64,000 nt of DNA. It comes from Macrostomum lignano (lineage: Eukaryota). Shown in pieces: positions 60,429-64,000 of the stretch. Position 1 is the first letter of the stretch. Each line of letters opens with the position of its first letter. The stretch is taken from NCBI GenBank assembly GCA_002269645.1, contig NIVC01000926.1, positions 186,001 to 250,000 on the forward strand, written 5' to 3'. A program made the position numbers and the translations under genes. The notes below the pieces were generated by a model. That model was not told the origin of the DNA. It searched no databases and saw only the letters and a program-made list of their open reading frames with translations.

Positions 60429-62808
60429 ATCCTGCTTGCGACGCCAAGTTTGTTCTAACTGCCCTGTGGTGTCACTGGCTGACTACGTAGCCGAGGAACT
60501 CGACGCTGTCCCTTGCCCACTGACACTTCTCCAGGTTCAGTGTGATGTTGTGCTCCTTGAGCCGGTCAAGGACCGCAGTCACCGCTTTGTCGTGCTCGGC
60601 CCGTGTCACCGCATGCATGACGATGTCGTCGATGTAGTGCACTACTCCCTTGACCTTCTCGAGCACCTTCGACAGCACCTTCTGGAAGGCCGCCGGCGCG
60701 CTGTTCATCCCGAAGCAGACGCGGGTGTACCTATAGAGCCCTTCGTCCGTGATGAAGGTCGTCAGGTTGCGAGACTCTTCTGCGAGTTCCAGCTGCAGGT
60801 ATGACGAGTTGAGGTCCAGCTTCGTGAAGATCTTGGAGCCGGCAAACTCCGCAGACAGCTGCTCGAATGTCGGAAGGGGGTGTTTATCCGGCACGATTGC
60901 CTTGTTAGGGTTCCTGAGGTCGTTGCAAATCCTCAGCGATCCGTTCGGCTTTGGTACGACCACCAGGTTCGACACCCACTCCGACGCGTGCACCTCCTCG
61001 ATGACGCCTTCGGCCAGCAGCTTGTGGATCTCCTTCTTGACTGGCTCCTTGAGACTAAGCGGCACCTTCCTTAGAGGCTGTGCCACAGGTGTCACGGCGG
61101 GGTTCACCTTGGGCTTGTGAACGAAGCCTTTGATTTTGCCGAGGCCTTCGCCCACGTTGCTGAATCGGCCCGGCAGCCATGTCGGCAGGCTGCTGGCTTG
61201 GACCTTACGCACTGGCTCTCCCTCGCGGCTCACCAGTTGGAACTTCAGCTTGCTCATAAGATCCGTTCCCATTATGTTGGATCCTTGCTTGACCACTACG
61301 ATGGACACATTAGGCACTCGCAGCTCCTTGTACTCGACGGGCAGAACCATCTCGCCCATCACGTGGATGCTGCCGCCGTTGAAGGCCGTCAGCTTCTTCG
61401 TCGATGTCTGAAGCTTGACGTGGCTGAAGTGACGATTGTAGGAGGCCTGTGATACGATGGTGACCCGTGATCCGGTGTCCACCAACAGCTTCAGCGGTGT
61501 GTCTCCAAGCTTCACTTCGCAGTGCGTCTCGAAGCCGTCTCCAGGTTGCACTGTCGACACAGTCACCTCCTCGTTGACGCCTCGGACTTTACCTGCTGAC
61601 CTGCAGACTCGCTGAAAGTGGTTGAGCTTGCCACAGGCTCGACACTTCTGCCCTTGAGCTGGGCACTTGGAGCCCACTTCATGGCTTGCTTGGCCGCATT
61701 TGCCACAGCCCGCTGATGCCATTGCCCGTGGTTTCGGCTTGTAGCTCGTCTTGGCTGGGGCATGGTGCTGCCGCTTAACTTGGCCCACTTCGATCGGGCT
61801 GTCGGACGTTGGGTTGCTGCGCAGCGAGCTTGCCTCTCGCATGCCTGTCTCCAGCTGCTGAGCCAGCTCCACGGCTGTGCTCAGGGTGAGTTTCTCCTCG
61901 ATGAGCAGCCTCTCGCGGATCTTGTCGCTGTGAGTCTTTTCCACCAGCTGGTCTCGTAGCATCTCGTCTTTGAAGGCACCGAAGTCACACCTTGTCGACA
62001 GAGCTTGCAGAGCCGCCACGTAGTCAGCCACCGACTCTCCAGGTCGCTGTGCCCTCTGTCGGAAGCGGTACCTCTCTGCGACAACATTTATCCGGGTGGC
62101 GAAATGCTTCTCGAGTAGCTCTTCCGTTGCCTCCAGTGTATCCGGGAGCGGCTGCTGCAGGGCCAGGTATATACGCTGCCCTTCCGTGCCTAAGCAGTGC
62201 ACAAGCAGAGCCTGCTTACGTTTATCAGACAACTTGTCCATGCCTGACGCAAGCATGTAGTTGTCAAACATGGCTTTCCAGTTTTCCCAACGTAGGGGAG
62301 GCTGTCCCGGACTCGGAAGGAATGGAGATGGCAAAGCAATGCTGATTTTTGGCTCTCCGGACATTTCAGGGTCAGTTGATGCAGAATTCTTTGCTCCGTC
62401 AGGCATTTGTAGATCCTGCTCGCGACGCCAAGTTTGTTCTAACTGCCCTGTGGTGTCACTGGCTGACAAAGAAGTGCAAGTCTATAGACTGATAGATTTA
62501 TAGCACACTTGGCACTCTTAACTGCTTAGCCCCTAATCTGAGCGGGCCTGTGTATTTAATCAAACAGTTTCTCATACCACCTCAACACGGGGCCTTAGAT
62601 TGGCTCACAGGAGAGACCGGGTAAGGCACCGGCACATAGACATTACTCACACACAAACTGTAGGGTGGGGAGGCCGGGGATGAGACAGCTTAGTCATGCT
62701 GTCTGTGCTTGGGAAAGGGGGCATGGGTGCACTGGGTACGCAGCAGATAGACAGGGTATCAAGCCTAGACAGGCTCTAACGTGTCACTCCTCGCTCACAG
62801 TCACAACA
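60429..62808 (-). mobile_element. Ty3/Gypsy (family D): LTR 62435-62808, Ser-type PBS 62413-62430, gag-pro-RT truncated and capped by a second U5 end + PBS
   Basis: TGTT...AACA LTR; TGGCGTCGCGAGCAGGAT; 55-nt repeat at 60429-60483 and 62413-62467. Confidence 0.87.
60484..62406 (-). pseudogene. gag-pol: Single-frame gag-protease-RT, truncated at EFLGYVVSQ
   Basis: WENWKAMFDNY..LLVHCLG, CGKCGQASH..C / CRACGKLNHFQRVC, LLVDTGS, LDLNSSYLQL, HYIDD; no internal stops over ~640 codons. Confidence 0.92.
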
Positions 62809-63231
62809 ATTTGTCTTTCACTTTTTTATTTGTTTACACATGGAAGGAACTTAGGAAGCTATGGTAGCACTAGCAGAGCAGCGTTGAGAATTGCAACTTT
62901 TGAAAAAACAACTTTTGCAGCGGAAATGCATCGGACATGGCACAAAAATTAGAAAGTAAATAAAAAGCACAATGGCACAAATAAAAGCTAGTTCTGCAAG
63001 GTTCACATTTTATAAAGGTTTGTTCACATTCACATCGCTATCAAAGGACCCGTTTTGGTTTAAAAGTTATTAAATAATTAAATGAAGCTAAACAAAAATT
63101 TATAATTCTGATCTTTGAATCGTGTCGTGTGAACAAGCCTTCAGTTCAGTGGCTCCCCAAATTAGGAAGTAATCCGCCATGAAAAAAGCCTAACAAAAAC
63201 AGAACGGCAAAAGTTATAAAAATATAAGAGA

Positions 63232-63720
63232 TTAAAGATCGCTTCCGATATTCGTATCAATGAACAGAAGGCGCTGAGCAGACTCCGGGCTTAAACGATT
63301 GCGCTTCTCGGTCACAATTAGATTTTCTGCGCTGAAAAGCCTCTCAGAATCGGCACTGGACGGCGTAATGCAAAGATAACGGCGAGCCAAAGCCGCAAGC
63401 CGTGGATAGGAAAAGTTATTTTGAGCCCACCATTTTAGCGTGGCGACTGTCTGGGCTTTCGGATCCGCAGGCCGCGACAGGAGGGGCTCCTGAAAGTACA
63501 CGGATATTTCTTTTTGAGCCTGCTCCCTAGTCAACTCGATGGTCAAAGTTGGAGTGGCTGACGCCACATTGGGGCTCCACGAGTCGAAGGCCTCCAGATC
63601 AACAGTAGCAGCTCGGCGTCTTTCTGAGGCAGAAGCGAATTCCGTCTCCATTGGAAGCGTATCATTTGATTCTCCCGAGGAAGATGAAGATGTAGACTTG
63701 TTGCTAGCTTCATCGTCTCT
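63232..63720 (-). pseudogene. hAT transposase C-terminal (dimerisation domain) exon
   Basis: LKWW..YPRLAALARRYLCITPSSADSERLFS..KRNRLSPE. Confidence 0.88.
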
Positions 63721-64000
63721 GTGTGTTTAAAAGTAAAAATGTGATTTTTTACATATAGATTGCAAAAAAAATTGTAGAAACTAGGACAATATTGTTTTTA
63801 ACTGTTTTTGCATTATGGGTAATACGAGCCGTATATTATAACTCTTTCTTAAACGGATTACGGAATCATAGATATTTGACATTTAAAACTAAATTGTGGC
63901 TTAACTTTTGAATCTTAAATTAGTATCTGATTCTGATACAAAAGTAAAAATTAAAATCTCATGACTCAGAATTATTTATAATACATAAAATAAACTATAT

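Noticed and set aside
60417-62812. ATTT on both sides of the Gypsy D unit as a TSD
   Set aside because: It would need a non-CA terminus, and a 4-bp A/T match is expected by chance in this AT-rich flank.
63016-63142. Small Harbinger-like MITE (GGTTTGTTCACA..TGTGAACAAGCC)
   Set aside because: Candidate TSDs disagree (TAA vs TCA) and it is a single copy; not supported enough to list.

Overview
Eukaryotic, transposon-saturated window. I found no intact, recognisable host gene, no rRNA/tRNA gene and no CRISPR array. GT-AG introns and metazoan-type tRNA primer sites point to an animal. The RTE reverse transcriptase resembles, from memory and not from a search, the abundant RTE family of the flatworm Macrostomum. 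Contents: four Ty3/Gypsy-type LTR retrotransposon remnants plus solo LTRs (several with exact TSDs), two hAT remnants, a 7.6-kb Sola2-like DNA transposon with nested cargo, an RTE LINE, a non-autonomous Helitron, a complete 7.2-kb CMC/EnSpm-like element with an apparently intact spliced transposase, and many tandem repeats. Main unusual signals: (1) LTRs of two otherwise dissimilar families carry tRNA-Leu primer-binding-site (PBS) copies INSIDE the LTR, plus an invariant GGTAG-N-GCTGCCACCA motif in 7 of 7 copies; (2) an intronless, virus-glycoprotein-like pseudo-ORF in a 3.7-kb block that splits a transposase in frame without a TSD; (3) most elements lie on the minus strand, as in a uni-strand piRNA cluster. 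Family names are motif-based, and coordinates of decayed ends are approximate.
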